Source: the human T2T-CHM13v2.0 reference genome, Homo sapiens. From it: DNA of 64,000 nt. Positions 1-13,645 of the stretch are shown in pieces. The translations under genes and the position numbers were made by a program. Position 1 is the first letter of the stretch; each line of letters opens with the position of its first letter. The DNA lies in NCBI RefSeq assembly GCF_009914755.1, contig NC_060930.1. The stretch is one strand, 5' to 3'. The notes under the pieces are model-generated. The model saw only the letters and a program-made list of their open reading frames with translations. It did not search any database and had not been told where the DNA came from.

Positions 1-390
1 AATTTTCTATTGATATTAGAAAAAATGTCCAACTAGGAAAAAAAATGTTTTCGCATTTTAGAATAAAGTCAGTAGAGCCAGTAATTTGAAAATAGAGAAT
101 TCTAGGAACACTGACATTTCCAATTCATAGTTATAATTAGGAAGTGACAGAATTTTAAAAAATTGTGTGGCTTTTATAGTCTTCATTCTTTTTATATGAT
201 TTGCTGGCTTATGCAAATCGTTCTATGCCAATTCACAAAGTCTTACAAAGCCCCTTGTTCTGCCATAGCTATTTTAATGATAATATTGTGTTTTTCTCTT
301 TCTGAATGCTCAGAGAAGATGGTGCCCTCTTCAATTTCTTGACTATTAAAAGCATTTAGTTCTGGAAGAGTAGAACTTAAGTAGTTCTAC

Positions 391-426
391 TATGTATATG
401 TGTGTGTGTATGTGTATGTGTATGTA
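391..426. repeat. (TG)n/(TATGTG)n microsatellite
   Basis: tatgtatatgtgtgtgtgtatgtgtatgtgtatgta read directly. Confidence 0.85.
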
Positions 427-964
427 ACTAAGGTCATGCAAGCCCAAGCAGACTTTTGATTGAGTGTATTTAATGGCAGCTTTACATTAAGCCACATGAT
501 GTGGCAACAACTGAGATTTGATGATGCTTGTACTTGGCTGGCATATGGAAGACAAAACATGACCTATGTTAGTGGCTTGCCCCAGGGTCACCCAGCAGGA
601 CAGGGGAAGATAACTGAACTCTAGACCTGAAAATCCGTGAAATTTTAGTCATATACATGACAGCATTGTGTATTCCATAAAGTACTATATAAATATTGTT
701 CATATATTCTACTCAAGTAGCAGTGAAAAATCTCTACATTATTCATTTATTTTGTTAATTTAACAAATATTTACCATGATCTTACAGTGTACTTGACACA
801 ATTTGAGAATAATTTTTTTGGTCAATCCTCTCAAAACATAGACTGTATCTTTATCTCTGTATGTTTCTTATTCAGGGGAATGATGTAAAAATGCATAGAA
901 TCACTTTTTAGAAGTTTATATTCCATGACATACTACCCCATTATGTATCAAATGCTCCTTACTA

Positions 965-1049
965 TGCATGAGTAGGGTAGCCAGGAAACGTGTATTTGGA
1001 AAATTTTCCTAAGTGATTTTGGCATATTCTCTTGATTTAGAATCACTGA
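965..1049. mobile_element. MER5-like hAT-Charlie DNA transposon fragment
   Basis: ccaggaaacgtgtatttggaaaattttcctaagtgattttg...tttagaatcactg resembles the MER5 terminal half. Confidence 0.5.
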
Positions 1050-1589
1050 TATGTACCACTAATATGCTCAGTAAAAATGAAGATTAGATGGGATGGGTGA
1101 TAATTTTATAAGTCAAAATTAATGTGAATATCACTGAATTGGACCTCTCTTTCAAAACTCATGTACAGATATTGCAAGGATAAATAAATATTGGCAATAT
1201 TATTATTAGAAAGTTGCTGTGCCTCAGGGCTCAGCCTGGTTACTCTGTGAATCACTGCTATTTCCTCTGCTCTTCTACAGAGTCATTTGTCCAGGATGAG
1301 AACAGTCTGCCCGTGCCAAGAAAATAGTTGGTTGTTGTGAAAAAACAGGAAGCTTATAGCCAAAGGAGGCAAAATATAATGGTGGTGTGGACTCTACTGG
1401 TGGCAACTGAGATCGGTACCCACTGGCTACTGCACTAGTGTGAGAAGGAAGATATTAAATAAAAGAAAAAGATAATGCCTAGGACCTTGGGCAAAGCATG
1501 CAGTGAATTAATGTGTATTTAGTGGAAAATGATAATGGTGAATAAATGAATGCACTCATGTATTATTTGTATAACAAATCTTAAACATT

Positions 1590-2090
1590 ATTAATGTGGG
1601 TAAAAGTTCAGGAGTCAGAATGAAGCCATCAGGCAAGGGGGACATTGAATATATAGTCTGATTTGAAAAGCATATTTGGCCAATGAGTTGGAGGAATACA
1701 AACCTGTGAAAGGCAGTTGAGGCCAGTTTATGAATGTCCTTGAAGTCCAGCTTTGATAAATGGATTTTACTCTGAAGGGAGACACCAAAGTATCTGAACA
1801 TGGAGCTATCTAGTTGAAAGGAAAGTTTCAGGATAATGAATTTTTCAGGAATATGCATGATGGATGAGCGTACGGCATTCCTGGAGAAAAAGGGACCAAT
1901 TAGTAGATGATTAAAATAGATGAGACATGGCTAATAATAGTAAGAATAATGGCAATGACTCCAGAAAAAATGGATGAGAGAGACATTTGAAAGAAGAAAC
2001 TGGTACGCCTTAATGACAAGTGGATGTAGTTATGAAAGGGACAAGTAAGAGATAAGACAAAAATTTTCTGAGATTTTGGGACTGGGAATT
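1590..2090 (-). mobile_element. LINE-2 fragment
   Basis: ggccagtttatgaatgtccttgaagtccag...ggattttactctgaaggg is typical antisense L2 body; explains ORF 1556-1858. Confidence 0.6.
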
Positions 2091-2369
2091 ACCAAAGGAG
2101 AGTTAATAAAAAATAAGGATAGAAAAGGCAAGTACTTCTAGGGAATTACATTCCTAAAGTATGCATTTCTTTTCTGATTCCTGAGAGAAATCCACAGAAA
2201 AGAAGATTCTGTGGCACAGTGGAGAGAATCATTCCATATGGGAACATCAAAAAGAAAAAGAGCACACATCTAAATTTTCAAAACTGCTCACCAGTCTAAG
2301 TTCTGCATAAGATTAAAGCAGAAGAGTGTCTAATTTTAGCTTTTTGCTGATTTTCTATCAACTCTGGTA

Positions 2370-2520
2370 ACAATAACTGCAATTATATGCTGTTGTGTTT
2401 TAGGCACTTTATGTGCATTTAACCCTCATGAAACTTTATAAAGTATTGTTACTGTCTCCATTTTACATATGAGGAAACTGAGGCACATAAAAGAAAATCA
2501 TTTGCTCATGTTCATTTACC
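2370..2520 (-). mobile_element. MIR SINE
   Basis: core ccattttacatatgaggaaactgaggcaca. Confidence 0.8.
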
Positions 2521-3699
2521 CACTAATAATCACATTCATTTACCCACTAACTTCTGGTTATTCATTTTAACTATTCAGGTCAGGATTCATTGGCAGCATT
2601 CTTCTTGCTCAATCTTGGGCTAGGATCTAGTGGGGTTAGAAGACAAGAATACCATAGGATTCTTAATTCAAATAATTCATTCTAATATGGTAGACATAAT
2701 ATATAATCAGTGAGTAGGTCACACTCTTTGTGGTATTCACCCCACATTAGAAAAAATTCATAGAAAAGATGAAAGTTGACAGAGAATGTACAAAATTGCC
2801 ATTGGTAATGTTTTCATCTAAGTTTCCTTATTTATAAACCATGAAGGCTCTTCTTTATTTTGCTTGCAGAAAGGGGGTTTAATCTCTAATCCAGCAATAC
2901 TTTTAAAGAGCACTAGTCATTTGGCAGTAAGTCGTATGCTATCTTGGGATATGTTTTCTCTGGTTGCCTTAGTTTATTTTTTTTTAAATCATTCACTTTT
3001 TCATTTCTTTTGCCTTGTCTCCCCACCTGCAGTGTTCACCTCTTGAAGAAAGAGACTGTATTGCAGGGAAGTCATTGGTGTACTATAATGCATACTACTA
3101 AGCTATGCCATTGGAACTTGATATAAATTGCTTTTTTTTTTTGGTTTGAACTATGATTTGATTTGATTTGAATACTGAATGCCAATTGACAAATGATTTC
3201 AAGATGGATTATATTATCTCCCTTATTGATAATGGCAAACCAAGCCGCTAAACATTATGGAGTAGAGGATATGGAGGATCAGGGAGGAGAATAAAGGCAT
3301 CTTTCATTTTATCACTTTGATTTTTCTAACTCTGCATTTCCATGCAATTCCAGGGAGCCATTTCCACCATCTATTATCCTTTGAAGCATTAAAAGTGTTA
3401 AAATACTTGGACTGGTTCTTTGCAGTCTTATTTTACTATGAGACCTTGTTAGTATGATACCTCAGCTGATAATCTTGGGCCACATTTATGAGAAATGTTC
3501 AGGCTTGGAAAACGTGTGACTTTGAGTTCTATTTCAGGGTGTGTGTGACTGTAGGTATTAACACAAAATTTAAAGTTCTTGCCTTCTACAGTGCATGCTA
3601 CTTTACACATAAGGGTGCTCAAATATTATGTTGTTTGTTCCAAGTTTAAATGGAACTGAACTCAGTATTTCCTTCCACATCACACCCCAACAAACCCAA

Positions 3700-4440
3700 G
3701 CACAGTCACACTCATGCATCCTTCTTCACCTTCTCTCATCTATTTATGACATTTCCATTCTCACAGTCACGCAGATGGGAAACCCCTGAGTCATCTTCAG
3801 CTCCCCACTTCCTTGTGTGCTCCCTAAGTGTAATCAGTCACTATGTCCTGTCAGGTCTAATTCTGAATCTCTGAATCGTCTCACATCTGTTCCTTCTGTC
3901 AGTTCTCACTCCCATCCTCATATTTCAGGCTCTCCTTTTTGCATGGGGTTGGATACCCCTTGGCCTTTTGTCTTCTATTCCTTTACTAGTCTAATTCATC
4001 CCACCCAGCTTTGCTCAGAGCACCTGCCCTCTCTGAAGGCCTTTAGGTCCAATAGTCCATGTATAAATTAAGTCCTGCCTGCACAGTGCCTGATTGTCTT
4101 CTCTTCAACACTAACTTCTCTGGTCTAAATGTTTTACAAAACCACAATATTCCCTACTCATTGAAGATGTCCTTCCCTTCTATTTCTACCCCGAGCTTTT
4201 GCCACTGCTTGTTTTAATATCTCACCCACTCCTCTTTTTCCACCAATGATAATCCTGCCTGTGACTCAAGTCTCTGCTCCAAAACAATTTCCTCCAAAAC
4301 GTACTTGACCACCCCCTTCACCAAAATTTTTTCTTCCCTGAGCTTTGGTTATACCTGCCTTCCTAGAGCACACATTATGTTCTACCTCTTATTTGTGTGT
4401 TTCTTGGATCTGCTGTAAGTTTATGAGCTCTATTTTAGTT
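3700..4440 (+). mobile_element. LINE-2 fragment
   Basis: aaacccctgagtcatcttcagctcccc...aatcagtcactatgtcctgtc matches the L2 3' region; pyrimidine-rich. Confidence 0.6.
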
Positions 4441-5924
4441 CTCTATTATTTTCCTAATTGTTGTAAAAAAGGGTCAATAGGTTCTTAAGTGGGATTGCAT
4501 ACCAGAATGAAACCACCAAGAGCGTGCTTATGCTCTCACTCTCACACTTGGTCTCTCTTTCTATTTCTCATTTAAATATTAAGTTTAGAGATTAAGTTAT
4601 ACAGGGAAAGGCCCAGTCAGTATTGTATAATCAGAAAAAAAGGGTTTTTTTTATTATTGACATAAACTTGATTTTTTTTTCTTTTCTTTCAACATTGGCA
4701 TAGGGACTATGACTTTTTTCTTTTGAGAAAATTTGAGATTGTACAGCCAGCCTAAGTAAATTCTCAGTTAAAAGTAAATAAGTCATCAGATGTGGTTACC
4801 AGAAGAGGGATGTTGCAGAATACACAACAAGAGAAATGACTACTTGCCATCTTCTTTGTGTTTTCTTTCCAGACTGTCCTGAATGCTCAGATGTGGAGCA
4901 CAGGGACTGATTTATGTTTTTTCTGCACAGATTTTATGTCTACTAACTACACAAAACTTGGGGGAAATAAATCGTGGATAAATTTTAAGTACAAATATGA
5001 AGAAGCTACTTACATAGCAAACCATCTTGTATATTTAAAAGATGTTCTTTCTTAAATTCCATTTTTATCATATTACTGTCTGATTAAAAAACGTATTTTG
5101 GTTTGCTGTTGCCTATTATGTGAAGCCTAAATTCCAATGTCTGGATTTCATGGCATTTATCTTATCTTTGCTAATTGCTATTATGTGTTTATCATAGGTT
5201 TCCACATGCTTTCAGTAACATTCTGTAACTTATGAAATATGTTAATTTTTACTTATTGATTGATTTATGTATAATCAATTGTAAGTATAGTTGGTTATTT
5301 CAATAGCTATAACCAGAATGTATTAGAGACAAGGAAACTGTATTTTTAATTGAACATTGGATTTCTCTAATATGTTTCTATCAGCCTGAGAAGAATGCAA
5401 AAAGGCTTAAAAAACATCTCTCTATTCTGAAATGCTAAATAATTCTTAGATGAAATAGAAGGAGGCACAGAAAGGGAAATGGGAAGTAAAGGTTGTGGAC
5501 ATGCCTAGAGGGACTCAAAGCTAATGTTAAGAGGATGATCTTTGAAGGAAAAGAAAAAAAAAAACTGTACTGCTGGAGCTACACTGTGACAAATAGGGCT
5601 GTGTCTCTACCTTTTACAGAAGCAGCAAATGCACAATCTTATGAAAAAAATGTAGAAACCACAGTGATACTAAAATTTTTTATCTGGCAATTTATAATTT
5701 ACAAGCCCTCAACACGTTAAACCTTAGTTAATTTTTTTCCCAGAGAAGAAGGCATTATTATATTATACTTTGTGCTTTGAGAAAATTAATGCTCAAACTG
5801 GTTGCCAGTACTTGATGGAGCTATTACTCAGACGTCTGTTTCCAGGTGCTCTTTTTATTTCATTGCATAGAAACAAGCAGAACATTGTAAGTTGAGTCCT
5901 GTAAGTTGAGATTGTAAACCTTCA

Positions 5925-5968
5925 TATCTATGTATCCATCTGTGTATGTATGTATGTATGTATGTACA

Positions 5969-6003
<35 letters not shown>

Positions 6004-6045
6004 TATGTTTGTATCTATCATCATTATTGCCTATCCATCTATCTA
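5925..6045. repeat. compound (TATG)n(TCTA)n tetranucleotide microsatellite
   Basis: read directly. Confidence 0.9.
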
Positions 6046-6177
6046 TAAGCTGATGAGGGTGGTATAAAAGGAAAGTCCAACATCCTCCCCTTCCCTATTC
6101 CTTAGCACTCCTACACTCTTCCTCCTTCACAGAAGCACTTTGTACTCCACCAATACAGATTGTAGTTCACCAGCACA

Positions 6178-6919
6178 CAGCAATGTACATGAGACAGCCC
6201 ATACTAGCTTGGGAGAGTCAACTGTTAGATATTCAAAAAGTTTGCAATCTAGTTTAAATAGGGCTATTATTAAAACTGAATTATGACTGGGCATCATGGC
6301 TCATGCTCGTAATCCCAACTCTTTGGGAGGCCATGGCAAGAGAATTGCTTGAGCCCAGAAATTTGAGACTAGCCTGGGCAACATAGTGAGACTTCTGTCT
6401 CCAAAAAAATTAAAAAATAAAACATTAGCCAGGCATGGTGGCGTGTGCCTGTAGTCCCAGCTACTCGGGAGGCTGCGGTGGGAGGGCCACTTGAGCCCAG
6501 GAGTTCAAGGTTATAGTGGGCTGTGATACACCACTGCACTGCAGCCTGGGTAACAGAGTGACACCCTGTCTAAAATAAAATAAAATAAAATAGATAAATT
6601 ATATTAAAATAAAGGTAAATGCTCAACTCACCAACTTCCTAATTATTTTGATACATGTCACGGTCCATGCTCTTGAGTTATGTACGTCCATTATATATTA
6701 TATCTTCATGATGGAAATACTGCACTAAACATCTTTTACCAATTCCATGTTAAAGTGACATCCTATTTAAAGTTTGAAATATGTCTTGGGTGGGAGTATT
6801 TACACCATGGAAATTGACAAACCCTATAATTCAGTAATTGGTACTTTCTTTTTTCTTTTCTGTTTTTATTTAGTTAGTTTTTGAGAAACAGCCGTTAAAC
6901 ATTTATCAGCAGACCACTG
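6178..6919 (+). mobile_element. MER63 (hAT-Blackjack) DNA transposon, MER63B-like, interrupted by AluJ
   Basis: ggtgggagtatttacaccatggaaattgacaaac and terminal gttaaacatttatcagcagaccactg match the MER63 consensus as recalled. Confidence 0.75.
6285..6591 (+). mobile_element. AluJ SINE
   Basis: dimeric Alu with J diagnostics (ttgcttgagcccag, ggcaacatagtgagac) and (TAAAA)n tail. Confidence 0.92.
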
Positions 6920-7182
6920 CAAACACACTCTGTTGAGTCTCTCCTTCTTGCCTTTGTAAATGTTCTTTCCTCTGCCTGGAGTGCCCCTCGCTATGTCTGA
7001 GACATACATGTATATGTATGGACACACACACACACCAGTAAACTTCTTTTAATCACTTTAACTAGTGTCATTTCTTTCCAAAAGCTGCTTATGCCTCCTA
7101 GGCAGGGTTAGTCTCTCTACTTTGTAGTAGTTCTATACTTTGAATATCTTTACTTTAACATATGTCATCCTTTATTACACTT

Positions 7183-7345
7183 AGAATTGCTAGATTTAGC
7201 AAATAAAAATACCAACCCTCATGAAATTTAAGTTTCAGATACAGTTAATATTTTTTTCATAAAAGTATGTCTTATTCAATACTTGGGCATACGTATACTG
7301 AAAAATTATTTGTTGTACGTCAGAAATTCAAACTTAACTTGATGT
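7183..7345 (+). mobile_element. MER53 palindromic MITE (copy 1)
   Basis: ttgctagatttagcaaataaaaatac...agtatgtcttattcaatacttgggcatacgtatact...cagaaattcaaacttaact. Confidence 0.75.
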
Positions 7346-7539
7346 CAAGAAACCATCACAACTTTGGGTTTTGTTTTTTTTTTTTTTTTTAATGTTTCAC
7401 CCTCTTAGTAGAGAGATACTAGGTCTTTTCTCATGGTGTCCATAATGTCTAGCACAAAGAATGGCTCATAATAGGAAGCTTGTTTGTTTGTTTTAATAAT
7501 ATGCATACCATGATTTTTCTTATTCCTCGTCTGACTGAA

Positions 7540-8260
7540 TCATTTCTAAATATTTCTGGTGGACAAAATCAGGAAAATGGAGATGGTGGAATTAGGACAA
7601 CCAGATAGAAGGCTAAGGCAATAGGCCAGATGAGTGATGGCAATGTGTGATCAAGAAACTGATGATGCCTTGTCGTGGGGAGAAGAGCATGGATTATAAA
7701 TAAGAATCTAGTGCAGAAACAACTAGACATCATGACTGGATATAGATGTTGAATGAGGAGAAAATAGAAATGACTCTGAAGTTTCTTATTTGGGCAATGG
7801 AGTTGATGGCACCATTAACTGAGAGAGAAACAAAAGATGTGTAGTTGATAAGAAGCAGTAGAAATAATTGAGGGATTCCATTTGGGATATTCTAAATTGG
7901 ATGTGTTGTGACCAGGCATGATATGAAAAATATTTTTCCACCAGTCCAGTGTGGGCATTGCCATTAGAATGAATATCAATCAGTTGGAATGGGCAATAGC
8001 CCAAGGGTGCTGCTGTGTGAGAGTGCTTTTGACTCAGTAAAAATGTCCAATAGGGAATCATAACTAAGGGTCTGAAACTCTGGGCAGAATTTGTGTCTAA
8101 AAATTTTGGGGCTCCTGACTTAAGGTGACACTGATGCTCAGGGTGTAGATGGTAGCGTTTACAGAGTATTTGGAGAAGAGGATAAATGATGGAGCCATAG
8201 AGAATATTTATATTTACATGACATACAGAAGAAGTAAAAATAGTCAAGGAGAAATATGCA
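7540..8260 (-). mobile_element. LINE-2 fragment
   Basis: aatgactctgaagtttcttatttgggcaatggagttgatggcaccattaactgaga is antisense L2; explains ORF 7786-8247. Confidence 0.65.
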
Positions 8261-8391
8261 GAGTGGTTAGATTTTATATATGGTAGAGGTGATGGATTAT
8301 CTTGCTTTCATGTCAAGCTCCTCCACATTTTTTTGGTAGAGCAATTGTTACGTTATAAATGATACTGTATAAACCTAGGGGCTTCTGTAAA

Positions 8392-8761
8392 ATGTCATCT
8401 TAGTTCCAGGCTGCTATTAAAAAATGCTTTTGACTAGGTAGCTTTAAAAGCAGACATTTATTTCTCATAGTTCTGGAGGCTGAAAGTCTGAGATCAGCGT
8501 GCCAGAATTGATCAAGTTCTGTTGAGGACCCTCTTCTTGGTTTACAGACAGCTATTTTCATATGGTGTCCTCACAGGCGGAGAGCAGAGATAGAAGAAGC
8601 AAACTCTCTTGTGTCTCCTCTTGTACAGGGCACTAATCCCATTTATGAGGGCTCTGCCTCATGACTTAACTCTCAAAGGTCCCACTTCCCAATACCATCC
8701 CATTGGGTATTAGACTACAACATATGAATTTTGGGACGGTACAAACATTCAGTTCACAACA
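8392..8761 (-). mobile_element. MLT1A-type MaLR solo LTR
   Basis: atttatttctcatagttctggaggctg...caacatatgaattttgggac...aaacattcagttcacaaca. Confidence 0.88.
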
Positions 8762-9639
8762 AATATCAAACACCACAGATACCTAGGGGCTTGACCTTTT
8801 GTGCTACAATAAGACTACACTTGGCTGGATCTAGTGGTTGATGAGAGATACACAATATCATTATCAATCCAGAAGGGTCGGCTACAATAGAAAACAAAGA
8901 TATGTAGACTGGGAGGAAGGTGGACTTATTAGTCAAGGGTTTGAAGTTGATTGGCTGAGTAGCCTTTCTGGTTTCATTTTGTGAAGAGAAGAAAGGGCTG
9001 GGAATAGAGAGTTGCCTGTGGTGTGTCATTGATTGTGTCCTTAGAGGGCTTTTGCTGTTGTCATATTTCTCAAACTTGATAATAGGAGCAATTTTGAGTT
9101 GATGAGAAGGCATTTGCATTTGAACAGTGAGTGTTGTTCTAGTTCTGTTACTCAAGGAGTTTCTAAGGAAAGTAAGACTGCCAAAGTCCATATGGTCTGG
9201 AAAAGAACACCATGCTCAAATATGTGTGGGTCAGCAGACTGCTGGAGTTTTTTTTTTTCTTCCAATTCTGAAAGGATGCTTAATCATTTGTCCCATTATT
9301 GAAAATGTCACAATAATAATTATAAATGGTTCTTTGCTTCCTGTAGCAGCAAATCTAAATTCTTTCAGTTGACATCAAGATTCATGCTAGCCTGCTTTCA
9401 GTAACCAATTTTTCATATCTAATTGCCCCAAAATTATACCACCAGCTTTACTGAGTCTGAATCCTGATTGCCACATGGGCTCATCTTGTTGTTTCCTATT
9501 GCCATTTCCTTGTCTATCTTATTCTTTTCATTCAAAATTCCATCCAGTTTCTGCTTTGCCTATCCAAGTTCTTTGGGGTCCATGAGAACTAAATTCAAAA
9601 TCCGAAATTCTTTACTTAGGAATTAAAAAAAAAAACTTG

Positions 9640-9810
9640 TGTGTTCTCATTGAGCTAGTAATCCCATTTCTGGGAATATTTCAGGCAGAAATCCGATGTC
9701 AGTATGTAATAATATATATACAAAACGTGTTTACTGTGATAAATTGGAAAAACATGAATGTCTACCCATAGGAAAATGGCTGAATAAATTATGGTATTGC
9801 CCTGCTGTGA
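9640..9810 (+). mobile_element. old L1M ORF2 3' fragment
   Basis: ctagtaatcccatttctgggaatat...aaatggctgaataaattatggtat. Confidence 0.55.
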
Positions 9811-10511
9811 AATTCTTGTTATTCTTAGGAGCTCCTGAAAAGAATTGAGCATCTTCAACTAAACAATGGGTGAACCTAGAGAGTTGTTGGAATAATTAAT
9901 TAAACTATACAATTGTGACTGGCCCATAGCAAACTGTAATACAGAGTAACTGTTATTACAACTATTGGTAACATTATTTTTTTATTTTTTATTAGAAAAC
10001 ATAGGAATGGGATATTTTTATGTGAATAAAGTAATTTGTATGTTACCATCTACATGTGGGGGCCATTTGTTAATACAACAGCATCATATATACATGCCTA
10101 AGTGGGACTGATTCAGATTATTAAACAATTTTTAAACAACTTGTAAGGAAAAGGCACAGCTTAATAAAAGGTACGCTAGCTCTGAGCAGCTGGATTGCCA
10201 ACACCAGTTTGTAGCTAGCTCTTTAAAAATCCAACACCAAAGACTAATGTATAAACAATGGAAGAAGTATGGAAGTATATGCATACCATTGTCAATAGTG
10301 GTGCATTATACACATGGGAAGGGAGAGGAGGAGATCATTCTACTAGAACACTGCTCTTGCCTGAATTGCTACAATAAGCATATATTACTTTCTAATTAAA
10401 CTGACTCAAATTAAAAATAATGCTTCTTTAGTACAGTGACTAGCACATAACAGGTGCTCAATATTTGCTAACTGTTATTTTCATTATAGGCAGTCATTAT
10501 TACTGCCTCAA

Positions 10512-11603
10512 GTTCCATAAACTCCAGAAATCTTCACTAACAACATCTCCCCTATCCTTTGGAATGAAACACTGATATGTGCAGCTTATTTACAAAGCAC
10601 TTAATTTCATGGGTGAAGCTTCACTCACCAGGGGGTAGCCTGCATTGAAGTTTTGTTTTGCTCTAAGGGCATAATTTTATTTAAGATGAATTCACATTTT
10701 GTACTTAATTTGTCTCATCTCAAAGCATGAGAAAAATTACAATTACAATTAGTTACAAACAAAATATTGGCAAACAGTTGCAATCAATTTATTCCAAATG
10801 GATAAGAATGTAGGTGCTACAGTTTCTTGATTACATTTGGTCGTAATCATTGATCGATTCATTAATTCAGTAGATATATGTTGAGCATCTGCTACGTACC
10901 AGGTACCGTGCTAGCAACCAGGAATAGAACAGTTAGTTAGAAAGATAAGGCCCTCCCTATCATGGAATAGGAGCTATTCCACTGTCAAACTCGAAATAAG
11001 ATGCACAGTCTTTGCTGTGTCCTGCATGACCTGGCCTAAGCCTGCTCCTCCAACCCCACCTCAGGCCACACTAACCCTCACTCAAAGTGTTCCAGGGACA
11101 TATGGCTTCTGATCTCAGAGCATGCTGTCCATCGTGTCAGGGACACCCACGTCCCAGCTTCTCCCAGACTGTGTCTCCTCACTGTTCAGCCCCCAGGTCT
11201 CTCATGGAAGCCATCTCTGATTTCTGTATTAAAGTAGGCCCCTCTGCTATTCTCTACCATTGCCCCTATTCATTTAATTCCTACCTCCTATCACAGCCTC
11301 TATTTATTTTATGTAGTTATATATTTACAAATATAGATTTACACAGTTTTATTTGAATGTCACCCAGAATGACATAAACTCCACAAACTCCAGAGATGTT
11401 CCATAAGCTCCAGAAATCTTCACTAACAACATCTTCCCTATCCTTTGGAATGAAACACTGATACGTGCAGCTCATTTACAATGCACTTAATTGCACGGTG
11501 AGGCTTCACTCACTACAGGGTTACAGGCATTGAAGTTTTGTTTTGCTCCAAGGGCATAATTTTATTTAAGATAAAGTCACATTTTATACTTAATTTGTTT
11601 CAT
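10512..11603 (+). repeat. direct duplication of a ~205-bp segment (10512-10718 and 11398-11603)
   Basis: both copies read gttccataa(a/g)ctccagaaatcttcactaacaacatc...agggcataattttatttaagat...acttaatttgt; roughly 85-90% identical by eye. Confidence 0.95.
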
Positions 11604-12123
11604 TAAACAAATTGAATTAAAGATAATTAAATAAATACATTTAATGAAGCCTTGTAAGACTGTGGTCAGCTATTATTAACAGGTGATATTATTTGAGAAT
11701 GCCACTATCAAACTTGAAATAAAACCTGCAGTCTCTGTGTGCCCTGCATGACCTGGCCTAAGCCTGCTCCTCCAGCCTGCAGAGGCCCAGAGGGGCCTAA
11801 TTTAATAAAGAAATCAGAGATGGCTTCCATGAGAGACCTGGGGGCTGAAAAGTGAGGAGAAGCAGTCTGGGAAAAGCTGGGATGTGGGTGTCCCTGACAG
11901 GATGGGCAGTAAGCTCCGAGATCAGAAGGAACGTGTCCCTGGAACACTCTGAGCGACAGTTAGTGTGGCCTGGGGTGAGGCTGGAGGAGCAGGCTTAGGC
12001 CAGGTCATGCAGGACATGGTTGAGACTGTGGGTTTCATTTCGAGTTTGATAGTGGTATTCTCAAATAATATCATCTATTGATAATAGCAGACCAGTCTTA
12101 TAAGGCTTCATAAAATATATTTT
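10979..12123. repeat. inverted duplication/triplication of an L2-derived segment: 10979-11246 (+), 11633-11778 (+), 11788-12123 (-)
   Basis: 36-bp perfect inverted match 11743-11778 vs 11978-12013; paralogous ORFs 11087-11356(+) and 11708-11947(-). Confidence 0.95.
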
Positions 12124-12941
12124 AAAACAATTAAGATAACAGAATTCTGTCACATCTAAGAAGGCATATCTAACAATGCTCTAAAATATGTTTATGTACA
12201 TTAGATTTTGGTCTCAAACTATATTTGAGGAAACAAAATGAATACAGAAAGATCAATGGTTTTTTTATAAGGTCAAAATTACCAGCCTCAGCTATATTCT
12301 ATTTATTTTATCTAGGACTTGCTTCACTAAGCCATACTGAAAGGAATATAGTAACCACTTTATTTTTATAAATGCCTTCCTTTAAATTGCAGACTTTATT
12401 TTTGAAATTGCCTCTGGACTATATGAATCACTTGTCTTTTTAATTAAAAAAAAAAACTTTAGTTTTTTAACAGCATTTTATGTCGATTTCCCCAGAACAT
12501 CTGAACATGTCTTTTAAAAATGCCTAATTCTATACTGTTTACTTTATCATTTACTTGGCCATATTCTTTTTTGGTAGCACATCCTGAAACCCAGATTCTT
12601 TCCGTATTTTTAGGTCATACAAATGACTGTGATCAACAAATATTCCCCAAACTGAGTGTAGTTTATTTAGTATTCATTTAGTCATTGAACACAAGCACAT
12701 GCTGTATACAAATCACTAGGTTAAATATTATGAAAGATATCAGACCGGATTCCTGCTCTAAGGATATTCTATTTCATAACAGAGTTTCAGTCTAGTGCTC
12801 AAATGAAATGCAGAGTCCTTTATATGTTACATTAACAAGGGAGAAATAAAGTACTGTAGTTTAGAGACTTCATATATCTAGTGGGAAGTACAAATGTATT
12901 GTTATGAGAACTTACTTATTTAAAAAATTACTTGTATGTTA

Positions 12942-13270
<329 letters not shown>

Positions 13271-13539
13271 AAATTGTATGAAATAGAGAAGTCAGGATTT
13301 TAGAGCTAAAAGAGGTTGAAAGGATCATCTAATTCAGCTCCCTTGCATGACCTGTAATGCCACTGAGGTTCAGAGACGTCACATTAGAATATCCTGCCCA
13401 GTGGTACACGGGGAGTTTGGGTGGGGTTTTCCTGACTGTCAGAGGTACTTGCCTCCACTGCAGTGGAATCATTGGTGCCAATTTGCACCAGGAATGTTAT
13501 GCATGACAGCCAAGGCCTATCTGGAGAATATAGTTTAAT

Positions 13540-13576
13540 CTTTTTTCCTTTTTCTTTCTTTGCTTGCTTCTTTCTT

Positions 13577-13645
<69 letters not shown>

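Noticed and set aside
7183-7345. MER53 copy 1 as a miR-1302 locus
   Set aside because: Seed region is disrupted (ttgggcatacg) and the right arm is truncated.
7786-9372. 153-aa and 141-aa minus-strand ORFs
   Set aside because: The first lies in an L2; neither resembles a protein I recognise or shows exon structure.
10176-10220. Short hairpin gctagct...agctagc
   Set aside because: Stem too short and imperfect to support an ncRNA call.
11087-11947. Two paralogous ORFs (MFQGH...) on opposite strands, resembling a small gene family or sense/antisense pair
   Set aside because: GTG starts, L2-derived sequence, divergent C-termini; fully explained by the local inverted duplication.
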